Under the pieces are notes generated by a model. The model searched no databases and had not been told where the DNA came from. It was given only the letters and a program-made list of their open reading frames with translations. A DNA stretch of 24,450 bases from a virus (lineage: Duplodnaviria; Heunggongvirae; Uroviricota; Caudoviricetes): IMG/VR virus record IMGVR_UViG_2534681774_000030; one strand, given 5' to 3'. The position numbers and the translations under genes were made by a program. Positions 1 through 12,957 of this stretch are shown piece after piece (the stretch's first letter is position 1; every line of letters begins with the position of its first letter).

Positions 1-1284
1 TTACTTCTTCGCCTCTGCAACCACTTTACTACCCACGCCGCGGTTATTGTATTCCCACATGCGGTTGTAGTTAGTGTCATTCAGATTGCGCTGTATTTCG
101 TCGTTATCATCTACGCTGCCGGTATTACCCGCAAACGGACGATTAGAGATCACCGCATCGGCCCACGGTTTAGCCGTGTTAAAACCTTCGTTGATGGCGC
201 TATCACGGATCACCACCTGACCGTTGGTATTGGCATCAACATCCAGCGAGCGGCCCAGTTGCGCCACACCATCACCGAAAGCATTGAAACGGCTGTTTAC
301 GGCGAGGAAACCGTAGTAAATGTTGGACAGCGTAGCCGGTGCAAACACATACGCTTCTTGCTGAGTACGTGAGTTCACCACGCGGAATTCGGTGTTATCG
401 AACACCACTGCGCCGCGACCAGAAACGATATCCACATCCCCTTCAATGTAGCTGTTGGTCACCAGCGTACGCGGCTGACGGTTGGTTTCCAGACGGTTCT
501 GCACACCGCTGTTGGTGACAAAGAAGGTGTTCTGACGACCGAGAATGTTAACGTTGTTAATCTGTACCTGGTCACCATCAGTACGCAGTGCCACCGCCGG
601 ATGGTTACCTGCATCTACGCTATCGCCCAGCGTGTTTTCGATGGTCAGATTTTGCAGTTGCAGGCCATTGTTTTGTGACCAGAAGACCGCAGAGCAGAGA
701 ACACCGATACTGTCGCTGCGTTTGCTCTGGCAGCTATCGTACATATACCACGCTGGTTTACCTGGCATATATTTGCCGCGCGGGTTGACGTCGTGACGCC
801 AGTCGGCAGGGCTCATGCCCCCATCAAGGGAAAGCCCAATCTTCACATCAATCGGTTTTTCACCTGTACCGTACAGAGTAATTCCACCCGGAGCAGCAGG
901 GACATACACCGTTCCCTGATACTCACCAGGCATCACGGCAATATACTGGCGCTTGTTAGTGCGCTTGATAATTGCCGCATCTACCGCCGCCTGAATCGTG
1001 GTATGCGTTACACCTTGAGTACCCGCCGGGCCGACAACAAAGTCAGGTTGCGCAGGCAGGGTAATCGGGGAAGGATTCCACGCTGCAGCACCTGGTGTCA
1101 GGGATGCAAAATAGTGTTGAGCATCGAAATTCTGCGCTTCTTTTGCCGACAGAATCGGGCGAGAAGAGGTACCAGGCGCGGTTTGATCAGAAGGACGTTG
1201 ATCGGGTGGTGTTGAGCTACAGGCGGTCAGCGTCACGCCAAAAGCCAATGCCAGCGCCAGACGGGAAACTGAAAATGTGTTCAC
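1..1284 (-). CDS. ybhC: YbhC, pectinesterase-family outer-membrane lipoprotein (host gene flanking lambda attB)
   Basis: 427-aa ORF with signal peptide and lipobox LTAC; sequence recognised from memory as E. coli YbhC; TAA stop at 1-3. Confidence 0.88.
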   Translation of the reverse strand: MNTFSVSRLALALAFGVTLTACSSTPPDQRPSDQTAPGTSSRPILSAKEAQNFDAQHYFASLTPGAAAWNPSPITLPAQPDFVVGPAGTQGVTHTTIQAAVDAAIIKRTNKRQYIAVMPGEYQGTVYVPAAPGGITLYGTGEKPIDVKIGLSLDGGMSPADWRHDVNPRGKYMPGKPAWYMYDSCQSKRSDSIGVLCSAVFWSQNNGLQLQNLTIENTLGDSVDAGNHPAVALRTDGDQVQINNVNILGRQNTFFVTNSGVQNRLETNRQPRTLVTNSYIEGDVDIVSGRGAVVFDNTEFRVVNSRTQQEAYVFAPATLSNIYYGFLAVNSRFNAFGDGVAQLGRSLDVDANTNGQVVIRDSAINEGFNTAKPWADAVISNRPFAGNTGSVDDNDEIQRNLNDTNYNRMWEYNNRGVGSKVVAEAKK

Positions 1285-1330
1285 AGGTTGCTCCGGGCTA
1301 TGAAATAGAAAAATGAATCCGTTGAAGCCT

Positions 1331-1345
1331 GCTTTTTTATACTAA
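1331..1345. other. attL core (GCTTTTTTATACTAA) of lambda site-specific recombination
   Basis: Exact 15-bp lambda att core; left flank matches the bacterial B arm (gaagcct), right flank matches the phage P' arm (gttggcattataaaaaa...) leading into int. Confidence 0.9.
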
Positions 1346-1418
1346 GTTGGCATTATAAAAAAACATTGCTTATCAATTTGTTGCAACGAACAGGTCACTA
1401 TCAGTCAAAATAAAATCA

Positions 1419-2489
1419 TTATTTGATTTCAATTTTGTCCCACTCCCTGCCTCTGTCATCACGATACTGTGATGCCATGGTGTCCGACTTATGTCCGAGA
1501 AGATGTTGAGCAAACTTATCGCTTATCTGCTTCTCATAGAGTCTTGCAGACAAACTGCGCAACTCGTGAAAGGTAGGCGGATCCCCTTCGAAGGAAAGAC
1601 CTGATGCTTTTCGTGCGCGCATAAAATACCTTGATACTGTGCCGGATGAAAGCGGTTCACGACGAGTAGATGCAATTATGGTTTCTCCGCCAAGAATCTC
1701 TTTGCATTTATCAAGTGTTTCCTTCATTGATATCCCGAGAGCATCAACATGCAATGTTGTAGGGATGGCAATTTTTACGCCTGTTTTGCTTTGTTCGACA
1801 TAAAGATATCCATCTACGATATCAGACCACTTCATTTCGCATAAATCACCAACTCGCTGCCCGGTAACAACAGCCAGTTCCATTGCAAGTCTGAGCCAAC
1901 ATGGTGATGATTCTGCTGCTTGATAAATTTTCAGGTATTCGTCAGCCGTAAGTCTTGATCTCCTTACCTCTGATTTTGCTGCGCGAGTGGCAGCGACCGG
2001 GTTTGTTGTTATATGGCCTTCAGCTATTGCCTCTCGGAATGCATCGCTCAGTGTTGATCTGATTAACTTGGCTGACGCCGCCTTGCCCTCGTCTATGTAT
2101 CCATTGAGCATTGCCGCAATTTCTTTTGTGGTGATGTCTTCAAGTGGAGCATCAGGCAGCCCCCTCCTTATTGCTTTAATTTTGCTCATGTAATTTATGA
2201 GTGTCTTCTGCTTGATTCCTCTGCTGGCGAGGATTTTTTCGTAGCGATCAAGCCATGAATGTAACGTAACAGAATTATCACTGTTGATTCTCGCTGTCAG
2301 AGGCTTGTGTTTGTGTCCTGAAAATAACTCAATATTGGCCTGTATTGCTTCAGTGATTGCTATCCTCCTGTCTCGGCCTAAACCAAACTCTTTAGCCGTC
2401 CTTGGGTCCCTGTAGCAGTAATATCCATTGTTTCTTATATAAAGGTTAGGGGGTAAATCCCGGCGCTCATGACTTCGCCTTCTTCCCAT
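1419..2489 (-). CDS. int: Lambda integrase (tyrosine recombinase)
   Basis: 356-aa ORF, recognised as lambda Int (MGRRRSHERRDLPPNLYIRNNGYYCYRDPRT...); adjacent to attL. Confidence 0.97.
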   Translation of the reverse strand: MGRRRSHERRDLPPNLYIRNNGYYCYRDPRTAKEFGLGRDRRIAITEAIQANIELFSGHKHKPLTARINSDNSVTLHSWLDRYEKILASRGIKQKTLINYMSKIKAIRRGLPDAPLEDITTKEIAAMLNGYIDEGKAASAKLIRSTLSDAFREAIAEGHITTNPVAATRAAKSEVRRSRLTADEYLKIYQAAESSPCWLRLAMELAVVTGQRVGDLCEMKWSDIVDGYLYVEQSKTGVKIAIPTTLHVDALGISMKETLDKCKEILGGETIIASTRREPLSSGTVSRYFMRARKASGLSFEGDPPTFHELRSLSARLYEKQISDKFAQHLLGHKSDTMASQYRDDRGREWDKIEIK

Positions 2490-2685
2490 TTCTGATCCTC
2501 TTCAAAAGGCTACCTGTTACTGGTCGATTTAAGTCAACCTTTACCGCTGATTCGTGGAACAGATACTCTCTTCCATCCTTAACCGGAGGAGGGAATATCC
2601 TGCATTCGCGCACCCATCGACGAACTGTTTCAAGGCTTCTTGGGCGTCGCTGGCGTGCGTTCCACTCCTGAAGTGTCAAGTACAT
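2467..2685 (-). CDS. xis: Lambda excisionase
   Basis: 72-aa ORF MYLTLQEWNARQRRPRSLETVRRWVRE..., recognised as lambda Xis; 3' end overlaps int start as in lambda. Confidence 0.96.
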   Translation of the reverse strand: MYLTLQEWNARQRRPRSLETVRRWVRECRIFPPPVKDGREYLFHESAVKVDLNRPVTGSLLKRIRNGKKAKS

Positions 2686-2710
2686 CGCAAAGTCTCCGCA
2701 ATTACACGCA

Positions 2711-2733
2711 AGAAAAAGCCGCCATCAGGCGGC
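2711..2733 (-). terminator. Hairpin with T-run (GCCGCC-tgat-GGCGGC then TTTTTCT on the minus strand) spanning the orf55 stop codon
   Basis: Perfect 6-bp GC stem followed by T5 when read on the minus strand; seen directly in the sequence. Confidence 0.35.
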
Positions 2734-2892
2734 TTGGTGTTCTTTCAGTTCTTCAATTCGAATATTGGTTATGTCTGCATGTGCTATCTGCGCCCATATC
2801 ATCCAGTGGTCATAGCAGTCATTGATGTTCTCTGCTTCGATAACTCTGTTGAATGGTTCTCCATTCCATTCACCTGTGACTCGGAAGTGCAT
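2725..2892 (-). CDS. Small hypothetical protein (55 aa) downstream of xis
   Basis: Manual translation on minus strand: MHFRVTGEWNGEPFNRVIEAENINDCYDHWMIWAQIAHADITNIRIEELKEHQAA; protein-like composition; I recall a 55-aa hypothetical gene at this position in lambda. Too short for the ORF track. Confidence 0.55.
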   Translation of the reverse strand: MHFRVTGEWNGEPFNRVIEAENINDCYDHWMIWAQIAHADITNIRIEELKEHQAA

Positions 2893-3134
2893 TTATCATC
2901 TCCATAAAACAAAACCCGCCGTAGCGAGTTCAGATAAAAGAAATCCTCGTCAGTGCGAGGATGCTGTTCATTGCTGCTATACACTTTTTTGCTCTCAACG
3001 TAAGCGGTAGCTCATTCTGTTGGGTTGGTGCAGTTGCTTTTAGGAAATGCTATTTACCCCTTAAACGTCGGCTGAAAGAGCTAAAATCCATGCAAAAAAT
3101 TTACGCAATTTTGTGTATTATTGTGCAGTAAGTA

Positions 3135-3737
3135 ATGAGCTATTTTCTGCGCAAAAAATGGATGGTAAATTTGTCCGGGGCAGGAAAAATTTTATGGACG
3201 CTAAACATGAAAAAAGATTCGTATCCTTATTTGATTTGCATGACAGTTTCAGGCCTGATCTTTATTTTCCTTTTCTTCTGGTGGCGGGCAGATATTTACA
3301 GGGTCACGTTTCTTAATCAGAGTATATCCCACTATTACATTCTGTTTAGCATGGGAATAGCTTTTCTGTTATCTCTGTTTTGGGTTAAGAAGGGGATAGT
3401 AAAACAAAGCGGCTGGAAGAGTCTGTCAGCATACCTTAAGGTTTATGCAGGGATGTGCATATTTGCTGGATTTTTTCTGATTATACCCCTTACAACACTA
3501 ACTTATTTTTTGCCTGGAGAGACATCGTCTTATGTTGCACCGTATCGGTATACTTCCGGTAGTTCAAAAAGTTGTTCTGGAGCTGAGGTGGATGACCCCG
3601 ATCTACATGAGAATATTCGCATTTGCTATCCGTATGGCAATTATGAGTACGATAATATTATCTATGTTGAAAAGAAAATTAATACATTAGGTGCGGTAGT
3701 AACATATGCACAGACCGCGCGTGATGATACTGAATGA
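3135..3737 (+). CDS. Hypothetical multi-pass membrane protein in the b-region, oriented opposite to the int-xis operon (start uncertain: 3135, 3162 or 3207)
   Basis: 200-aa ORF with several long hydrophobic segments (LICMTVSGLIFIFLFFWW, ILFSMGIAFLLSLFWV, GMCIFAGFFLIIPL); AT-rich; not recognised as a lambda gene. Confidence 0.6.
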   Translation: MSYFLRKKWMVNLSGAGKILWTLNMKKDSYPYLICMTVSGLIFIFLFFWWRADIYRVTFLNQSISHYYILFSMGIAFLLSLFWVKKGIVKQSGWKSLSAYLKVYAGMCIFAGFFLIIPLTTLTYFLPGETSSYVAPYRYTSGSSKSCSGAEVDDPDLHENIRICYPYGNYEYDNIIYVEKKINTLGAVVTYAQTARDDTE

Positions 3738-3771
3738 GATAGTATATAGCGGGCAAGTTTTAGTTAATTTA

Positions 3772-3808
3772 TCGAGGTAATATAATTTACCTCGACTCGT
3801 TTATTCTG
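3772..3808 (+). terminator. Hairpin TCGAGGTAA/TTACCTCGA followed by a T-rich tract, downstream of the membrane-protein gene
   Basis: 9-bp inverted repeat with 6-nt loop seen in the sequence just after the stop at 3737. Confidence 0.35.
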
Positions 3809-3947
3809 GTATTAATATTTCGCTTTACGATCGATTTTTATCTGATGATATCATGCGGTTTTCATATACTGACTTACTGTCTTTTCTCCGTTAGCGATTT
3901 TCTCCTGCTCAGCGATGATTTTATCTTTGGCTTCTAGTTAATTTCGC

Positions 3948-4169
3948 TCACTTCGAACCTCTCTGTTTACTGATAAGTTCCAGATCCTCCTGGCAACTTG
4001 CACAAGTCCGACAACCCTGAACGGCCAGGCGTCTTCGCTCATCTATGGGATCGCCACACTCACAACAATGAGTGGCAGATATAGCCTGGTGGTTCAGGCG
4101 GCGCATTTTTATTGCTGTGTTGCGCTGTAATTCTTCAATTTCTGATGCTGAATCAATGATGTCTGCCAT
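3948..4169 (-). CDS. DksA/TraR-family C4 zinc-finger protein (resembles lambda Orf73)
   Basis: 73-aa ORF with CxxC-N17-CxxC motif (CCECGDPIDERRRLAVQGCRTCASCQ); size and motif typical of the TraR/DksA C4 family found in prophages. Confidence 0.75.
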   Translation of the reverse strand: MADIIDSASEIEELQRNTAIKMRRLNHQAISATHCCECGDPIDERRRLAVQGCRTCASCQEDLELISKQRGSK

Positions 4170-4267
4170 CTTCCATTAATCCCTGAATTGTTGGTTAATA
4201 CGCTTGAGGGTGAATGCGAACAATAAAAAAGGAGCCTGTAGCTCCCTGATGATTTTGCTTTTCATGC

Positions 4268-4549
4268 TCACCGTTCCTTAAAGACGCCGTTTAACATGCC
4301 GATCGCCAGGCTTAAATGAGTCGGTGTGAATCCCATCAGCGTTACCGTTTCGCGGTGCTTCTTCAGTACGCTACGGCAAATGTCATCGACGTTTTTATCC
4401 GGAAACTGCTGTCTGGCTTTTTTGATTTCAGAATTAGCCTGACGGGCAATGCTGCGAAGGGCGTTTTCTTGCTGAGGTGTCACTGAACAAGCCCCATGTC
4501 GGCAAGCATAAGCAAACAGAATATGAAGCCCGCTGCCAGAAAAATGCAT
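4268..4549 (-). CDS. Hypothetical protein (93 aa) at the lambda orf61 position
   Basis: ATG-initiated ORF directly downstream of orf63 in the leftward operon; identity not confirmed. Confidence 0.5.
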   Translation of the reverse strand: MHFSGSGLHILFAYACRHGACSVTPQQENALRSIARQANSEIKKARQQFPDKNVDDICRSVLKKHRETVTLMGFTPTHLSLAIGMLNGVFKER

Positions 4550-4559
4550 TCAGTGGTTG

Positions 4560-4751
4560 TCATACCTGGTCTCTCTCATCTGCTTCTGCTTTCGCCACCA
4601 TCATTTCCAGCTTTTGTGAAAGGGATGTGGCTAACGTATGAAATTCTTCGTCTGTTTCTACTGGTATTGGCACAAACCTGACTCCAATTTGAGCAAGGCT
4701 ATGTGCCATCTCAATGCTCGTTCTTAACTCAACAGGAGATGCTTTGTGCAT
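4560..4751 (-). CDS. Lambda orf63-like protein
   Basis: 63-aa [26 protein letters not shown]..., recognised as lambda orf63. Confidence 0.85.
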   Translation of the reverse strand: MHKASPVELRTSIEMAHSLAQIGVRFVPIPVETDEEFHTLATSLSQKLEMMVAKAEADERDQV

Positions 4752-4912
4752 ACAGCCCCTCGTTTATTATTTATCTCCTCAGCCAGCCGCTGGGCTTTCA
4801 GTGGATTTTGGATAACAGAAAGGTCGGGAAATACCCAGCCTCGCTTTGTAACGGAGTAGACGAAAGTGATCGCACCTACCCGGATATTATCGTGAGGATG
4901 CTTCATCGCCAT
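4724..4912 (-). CDS. Lambda orf60a-like protein
   Basis: [32 protein letters not shown]..., recognised as lambda orf60a; immediately upstream of exo in the operon. Confidence 0.85.
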   Translation of the reverse strand: MAMKHPHDNIRVGAITFVYSVTKRGWVFPDLSVIQNPLKAQRLAEEINNKRGAVCTKHLLLS

Positions 4913-5583
4913 TGCTCCCCAAATACAAAACCAATTTCAGCCAGTGCCTCGTCCATTTTTTCGATGAACTCCGGCACCATCTCGTCAAAACCCGCCATGT
5001 ACTTTTCATCCCGCTCAACCACGACATAATGCAGTCCTTCACGCTTCATACGCGGGTCATAGTTGGCAAAGTACCAGGCATCTTTTCGCGTCACCCACAT
5101 GCTGTACTGCACCTGGGCCATGTAAGCTGACTTTATGGCCTCGAAACCACCGAGCCGGAACTTCATGAAATCCCGGGAGGTAAACGGGCATTTCAGTTCA
5201 AGGCCGTTGCCGTCACTGCATAAACCATCTGGAGAGCAGGCGGTACGCATACTTTCGTCGCGATAGATGATCGGTGATTCAGTAACATTCACGCCGGAAG
5301 TGAACTCAAACAGGGCTCTGGCGTCGTTCTCGTACTGTTTTCCCCAGGCCAGCGCTTTAGCGTTAACTTCCGGAGCCACACCGGTGCAAACCTCAGCAAG
5401 CAGGGTGTGGAAGTAGGACATTTTCATGTCAGGCCACTTTTTTCCGGAGCGGGGTTTTGCTATTACGTTATGAACTTCTGAAGCTGTGATGACGCCGAGC
5501 CGTAATTTGTGCCACGCATCATCCCCCTGTTCGACAGCTCTCACGTCGATCCCGGTACGCTGCAGGATAATGTCCGGTGTCAT
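4903..5583 (-). CDS. exo: Lambda exonuclease (Red alpha)
   Basis: 226-aa [41 protein letters not shown]..., recognised as lambda Exo. Confidence 0.97.
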   Translation of the reverse strand: MTPDIILQRTGIDVRAVEQGDDAWHKLRLGVITASEVHNVIAKPRSGKKWPDMKMSYFHTLLAEVCTGVAPEVNAKALAWGKQYENDARALFEFTSGVNVTESPIIYRDESMRTACSPDGLCSDGNGLELKCPFTSRDFMKFRLGGFEAIKSAYMAQVQYSMWVTRKDAWYFANYDPRMKREGLHYVVVERDEKYMAGFDEMVPEFIEKMDEALAEIGFVFGEQWR

Positions 5584-6365
5584 GCTGCCACCTTCTGCTC
5601 AGTGGCTTTCTGTTTCAGGAATCCAAGAGCTTTCACTGCTTCGGCCTGTGTCAGTTCTGACGATGCGCGAATGTCGCGGCGAAATATCTGGGAACAGAGC
5701 GGCAATAAGTCGTCATCCCATGTTTTATCCAGGGCGATTAGCAGAGTGTTAATCTCCTGCATGGTTTCATCGTTAACCGGAGTGATGTCGCGTTCCGGCT
5801 GGCGTTCTGCAGTGTATGCAGTATTTTCGACAATGCGCTCGGCTTCATCCTTGTCATAGATACCAGCAAATCCGAAGGCCAGACGGGCACACTGAATCAT
5901 AGCTTTATGCCGTAACATCCGTTTAGGATGCGACTGCCACGGCCCCGTGATTTCTCTGCCTTCGCGGGTTTTGAATGGTTCGCGGCGGCATTCATCCATC
6001 CATTCGGTAACGCAGATCGGATGATTACGGTCCTTGCGGTAAATCCGGCATGTACAGGATTCATTGTCCTGCTCAAAGTCCATGCCATCAAACTGCTGGT
6101 TTTCATTGATGATGCGGGACCAGCCATCAACGCCCACCACCGGAACGATGCCGTTCTGCTTATCAGGGAAGGCGTAAATTTCTTTCGTCCACGGATTAAG
6201 GCCGTACTGGTTGGCGACGATCAACAATGCGATGAACTGCGCATCGCTGGCATCGCCTTTAAATGCCGTCTGGCGAAGAGTGGTGATCAGTTCCTGTGGG
6301 TCGACAGAATCCATGCCGACACGTTCAGCCAGCTTCCCTGCCAGCGTTGCGAGTGCTGTACTCAT
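5580..6365 (-). CDS. bet: Lambda Bet (Red beta single-strand annealing protein)
   Basis: 261-aa [51 protein letters not shown]..., recognised as lambda Bet; ATGA overlap with exo. Confidence 0.97.
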   Translation of the reverse strand: MSTALATLAGKLAERVGMDSVDPQELITTLRQTAFKGDASDAQFIALLIVANQYGLNPWTKEIYAFPDKQNGIVPVVGVDGWSRIINENQQFDGMDFEQDNESCTCRIYRKDRNHPICVTEWMDECRREPFKTREGREITGPWQSHPKRMLRHKAMIQCARLAFGFAGIYDKDEAERIVENTAYTAERQPERDITPVNDETMQEINTLLIALDKTWDDDLLPLCSQIFRRDIRASSELTQAEAVKALGFLKQKATEQKVAA

Positions 6366-6370
6366 CCGTT

Positions 6371-6787
6371 TTATACCTCTGAATCAATATCAACCTGATG
6401 GTGAGCAATGGTTTCAACCATGTACCGGATGTGTTCTGCCATGCGCTCCTGAAACTCAACATCGTCATCAAACGCACGGGTAATGGCTTTTTTGCTGGCC
6501 CCGTGGCGTTGCAAATGACCGATGCATAGCGATTCAAACAGGTGCTGGGGCAGGCCTTTTTCCATGTCGTCTGCCAGTTCTGCCTCTTTCTCTTCACGGG
6601 CTATCTGCTGGTAGTGACGCGCCCAGCTCTGAGCCTCAAGACGATCCTGAATGTAATAAGCGTTCATGGCCGAACTCCTGAAATAGCTGTGAAAATATCG
6701 CCCGCGAAATGCCGGGCTGATTAGGAAAACAGGAAAGGGGGTTAGTGAATGCTTTTGCTTGATCTCAGTTTCAGTATTAATATCCAT
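6371..6787 (-). CDS. gam: Lambda Gam (RecBCD inhibitor)
   Basis: 138-aa [58 protein letters not shown]..., recognised as lambda Gam long form. Confidence 0.96.
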   Translation of the reverse strand: MDINTETEIKQKHSLTPFPVFLISPAFRGRYFHSYFRSSAMNAYYIQDRLEAQSWARHYQQIAREEKEAELADDMEKGLPQHLFESLCIGHLQRHGASKKAITRAFDDDVEFQERMAEHIRYMVETIAHHQVDIDSEV

Positions 6788-6885
6788 TTTTTATAAGCGT
6801 CGACGGCCTCACGAAACATCTTTTCATCGCCAATAAAAGTGGCGATAGTGAATTTAGTCTGGATAGCCATAATTGTTTGATCCAT
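6742..6885 (-). CDS. kil: Lambda Kil (FtsZ inhibitor)
   Basis: 47-aa product [47 protein letters not shown] taken from the internal Met of the 89-aa track ORF; overlaps gam by 46 nt and cIII by 32 nt as in lambda. Confidence 0.9.
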   Translation of the reverse strand: MDQTIMAIQTKFTIATFIGDEKMFREAVDAYKKWILILKLRSSKSIH

Positions 6886-7018
6886 TTTTTGGGACTCCTG
6901 GCTGATTAAGTATGTCGATAAGGCGTTTCCATCCGTCACGTAATTTACGGGTGATTCGTTCAAGTAAAGATTCGGAAGGGCAGCCAGCAACAGGCCACCC
7001 TGCAATGGCATATTGCAT
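6854..7018 (-). CDS. cIII: Lambda cIII (FtsH inhibitor)
   Basis: Manual translation [54 protein letters not shown] (54 aa); below the ORF-track length cutoff. Confidence 0.9.
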   Translation of the reverse strand: MQYAIAGWPVAGCPSESLLERITRKLRDGWKRLIDILNQPGVPKNGSNNYGYPD

Positions 7019-7090
7019 GGTGTGCTCCTTATTTATACATAACGAAAAACGCCTCGAGTGAAGCGTAATTGGTATGCGGTAACGCCGCGC

Positions 7091-7459
7091 TCAGGCGGCC
7101 TTGATAGTCATATCATCTGAATCAAATATTCCTGATGTATCGATATCGGTAATTCTTATTCCTTCACTACCATCCATTGGAGGCCATCCTTCCTGACCAT
7201 TTCCATCATTCCAGTCGAACTCACACACAACACCATATGCATTTAAGTCGCTTGAAATTGCTATAAGCAGAGCATGTTGCGCCAGCATGATTAATACAGC
7301 ATTTAATACAGAGCCGTGTTTATTGAGTCGGTATTCAGAGTCTGACCAGAAATTATTAATCTGGTGAAGTTTTTCCTCTGTCATTACGTCATGGTCGATT
7401 TCAATTTCTATTGATGCTTTCCAGTCGTAATCAATGATGTATTTTTTGATGTTTGACAT
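7091..7459 (-). CDS. ea10: Lambda Ea10 (Ssb-like early protein)
   Basis: 122-aa ORF recognised as lambda Ea10; same length and same 72-nt spacing from cIII as in lambda. Confidence 0.88.
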   Translation of the reverse strand: MSNIKKYIIDYDWKASIEIEIDHDVMTEEKLHQINNFWSDSEYRLNKHGSVLNAVLIMLAQHALLIAISSDLNAYGVVCEFDWNDGNGQEGWPPMDGSEGIRITDIDTSGIFDSDDMTIKAA

Positions 7460-7478
7460 CTGTTCATATCCTCACAGA

Positions 7479-7505
7479 TAAAAAATCGCCCTCATCTTGG
7501 AGGGC
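7479..7505 (-). terminator. Intrinsic-terminator-like hairpin on the leftward strand (GCCCTC-caagat-GAGGGC then GATTTTTTAT)
   Basis: Perfect 6-bp GC stem plus T6 run on the minus strand, between the unknown 293-aa ORF and ea10. Confidence 0.5.
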
Positions 7506-7647
7506 AAAGAAGATTTCCAATAATCAGAACAAGTCGGCTCCTGTTTAGTTACGAGCGACATTGCTCCGTGTATTCACTCGTTGGAATGAATACACAGCGC
7601 TGTGTTTATTCTGTTGTTTGCGTGAAAATGAAATCCGCCTGAGCGGG

Positions 7648-8525
7648 TTATGACCACTTTTTGTTTGGGTTTCGTTGGTGAGCGTGGTTTACAGGATTAT
7701 TTGATATACCCCATAACTCTGACTCGCTTATCTCTACACGAGAGAAAGACCTGCTTTCTTTCAGTTCTTTTATAAACCTAGAACCTAAGATGACATCTAT
7801 TGTACCAGAAAGTTCTTGTAAAAGATCTATGTTTTTTCTGAGGAAGAAAATATCTTCTTTATATTTAATTTTTACATAGAATTTATTCTGTATTTTTAAT
7901 ATATCAAAGCATGGCAGATATCTATATCCCTCATATTTTCGCCACTGCTTAACAATTATAACATCTTTTTCATTTACTGCATTAATCAGCCCAAGACCAA
8001 GTACAGGTATGAATATTCTATTGTCTGCCGAAAGCGTACAATTATCACCACCAGGCAAATATGTATAAATCATGTCGGAATTTTTATACGCATCAACGAA
8101 TGCACGTAAGAAGCGTACATATTTTTGCCATCCGTTTATACCGAATTTACCATATAAGTATTCTTTATTTGTTAGAAGAAAACTATTTGTATCAGGATCC
8201 TTATCTACAGACCTGTCGATAAGATCTCCAACTACGTTTACAAAGTCAAAGACAGAGTTTAATAAGAACAATTGTCTTTCAGTAGGGCGAATTTCAATTA
8301 TGTAGCCAGGATGAAGACGATATTGCATCTGCTTACGAAGTATACCGAACGCTTGGGTCCGAGCATCTGAAAGCAACTTCTTGTCGCCATCGCCGTGAGC
8401 ATTGTTTCTAATAAAACTGATATAATTTGCTAATTTTTCAGCCTCTTTTTTGTGTTTTTTTCGCTCTGATGCTGAGTCTATTGGTTTTGGTATGGACTTG
8501 TAATCAATCTTCTTCATTACGTACC

Positions 8526-8529
<4 letters not shown>
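7648..8529 (-). CDS. Hypothetical AT-rich 293-aa protein at the ral/sieB position of the leftward early operon; candidate superinfection-exclusion or defence gene (probable true start at the second Met, 8517)
   Basis: Long uninterrupted ORF; its ATG overlaps the N stop codon (ATGA); a GAGGT Shine-Dalgarno precedes the second Met; Lys/Ile/Asn-rich composition contrasts with the lambda genes on either side; not recognisable as any lambda gene. Confidence 0.6.
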
Positions 8530-10616
<2,087 letters not shown>

Positions 10617-10621
10617 GTGGT
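10617..10621. repeat. Target-site duplication GTGGT (right copy) of the IS100 insertion
   Basis: See left copy. Confidence 0.8.
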
Positions 10622-10808
10622 ATTCAGCCAGCACCGTAAGGTCTATCGGATTCAGTGCGCTTTCTACTCGTGATTTCGGTTTGCGATTCAGCGAGAGAAT
10701 AGGGCGGTTAACTGGTTTAGCGCTTACCCCAACCAACAGGGGATTTGCTGCTTTCCATTGAGCCTGTTTCTCTGCGCGACGTTCGCGGCGGCGTGTTTGT
10801 GCATCCAT
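10617..10808 (-). pseudogene. N: N antiterminator, N-terminal fragment (codons 1-64), interrupted by IS100
   Basis: MDAQTRRRERRAEKQAQWKAANPLLVGVSAKPVNRPILSLNRKPKSRVESALNPIDLTVLAEYH matches lambda N, then reads into the IS terminus (CHERCNSDPH...). The two fragments minus one TSD copy sum to 324 nt, the length of lambda N. Confidence 0.9.
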
Positions 10809-10965
10809 CTGGATTCTCCTGTCAGTTAGCTTTGGTTGTGTGTGGGAGTCGTAGTCCTGAACGAAAACACCCCGCAATGGCACATTGGCAGCTAATCCGG
10901 ATTCGCACTTCCGGCCAATGCTTCGTTTCGTATCACACACACCAAAGCCTTCTGCTTTGAATGCT

Positions 10966-10996
10966 GCCCTTCTTCAGGGCTTAATTTTTAAGAGCC
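10966..10996 (-). promoter_or_regulatory. nutL (boxA GCTCTTA... and boxB GCCCTGAAGAAGGGC)
   Basis: Minus-strand sequence GCTCTTAAAAATTAAGCCCTGAAGAAGGGCAGCATTC matches lambda nutL; boxB forms a 5-bp stem. Confidence 0.85.
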
Positions 10997-11041
10997 TCAC
11001 CTTCAATGGTGGTCAGTGCGTCCTGCTGATGGCTTAAAATT

Positions 11042-11109
11042 ACAAGGAAGATTGTATATTGTAAACAAGAAATATTGTAAAAAGGGGCGTGAAAAACAAA
11101 CTCCATTGT
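11042..11109 (-). promoter_or_regulatory. 434-type left operators OL1-OL3 with the pL promoter
   Basis: Three 14-mers of form ACAA-N6-TTGT: ACAAGGAAGATTGT (11042-11055), ACAAGAAATATTGT (11065-11078), ACAAACTCCATTGT (11096-11109). Confidence 0.8.
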
Positions 11110-11159
11110 TTTTAAACGGAAAATAGTTTGTTTTTTTGTTATCGAGATTGAGGTGGGGA

Positions 11160-12512
<1,353 letters not shown>

Positions 12513-12520
12513 GACATTCC

Positions 12521-12552
12521 CGCTCTTACACATCCCAGCCCTGAAAAAGGGC
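12521..12552 (+). promoter_or_regulatory. nutR (boxA CGCTCTTACA, boxB GCCCTGAAAAAGGGC)
   Basis: Matches lambda nutR boxA and boxB stem-loop; lies between cro and cII where the tR1 region is expected. Confidence 0.85.
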
Positions 12553-12631
12553 ATCAAAATAAACCACACCTATGGTGTATGCATTTATTTGCATACATTC
12601 AATCAATTGTTATCTAAGGAAATACTTACAT

Positions 12632-12925
12632 ATGGTTCGTGCAAACAAACGCAACGAGGCTCTACGAATCGAGAGTGCGTTGCTTAACAAAATCGCAATG
12701 CTTGGAACTGAGAAGACAGCGGAAGCTGTGGGAGTTGATAAGTCGCAGATCAGCAGGTGGAAGAGGGATTGGATTCCAAAGTTCTCAATGCTGCTTGCTG
12801 TTCTTGAATGGGGTGTCGTCGACGACGACATGGCTCGATTGGCACGACAAGTTGCTTCGATTCTCACCAATAAAAAACGCCCGGCGGCAACCGAGCGTTC
12901 TGAACAAATCCAGATGGAATTCTGA
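12632..12925 (+). CDS. cII: Lambda cII transcriptional activator
   Basis: 97-aa product MVRANKRNEALRIESALLNKIAMLGTEKTAEAVGVDKSQISRWKRDWIPKF... from the internal Met of the track ORF; recognised as lambda cII. Confidence 0.95.
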   Translation: MVRANKRNEALRIESALLNKIAMLGTEKTAEAVGVDKSQISRWKRDWIPKFSMLLAVLEWGVVDDDMARLARQVASILTNKKRPAATERSEQIQMEF

Positions 12926-12957
12926 GGTTATTACTGGAACTATCAACAGGAGTCATT

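Noticed and set aside
3113-3316. 67-aa ORF overlapping the start of the membrane-protein gene
   Set aside because: It is in a different frame across the same DNA and lacks protein-like features; the long hydrophobic frame is preferred.
5486-6483. Several 70-150-aa plus-strand ORFs overlapping exo, bet and gam
   Set aside because: They lie antisense to well-supported lambda genes and have low-complexity, Arg/Ser/Cys-rich translations typical of spurious frames.
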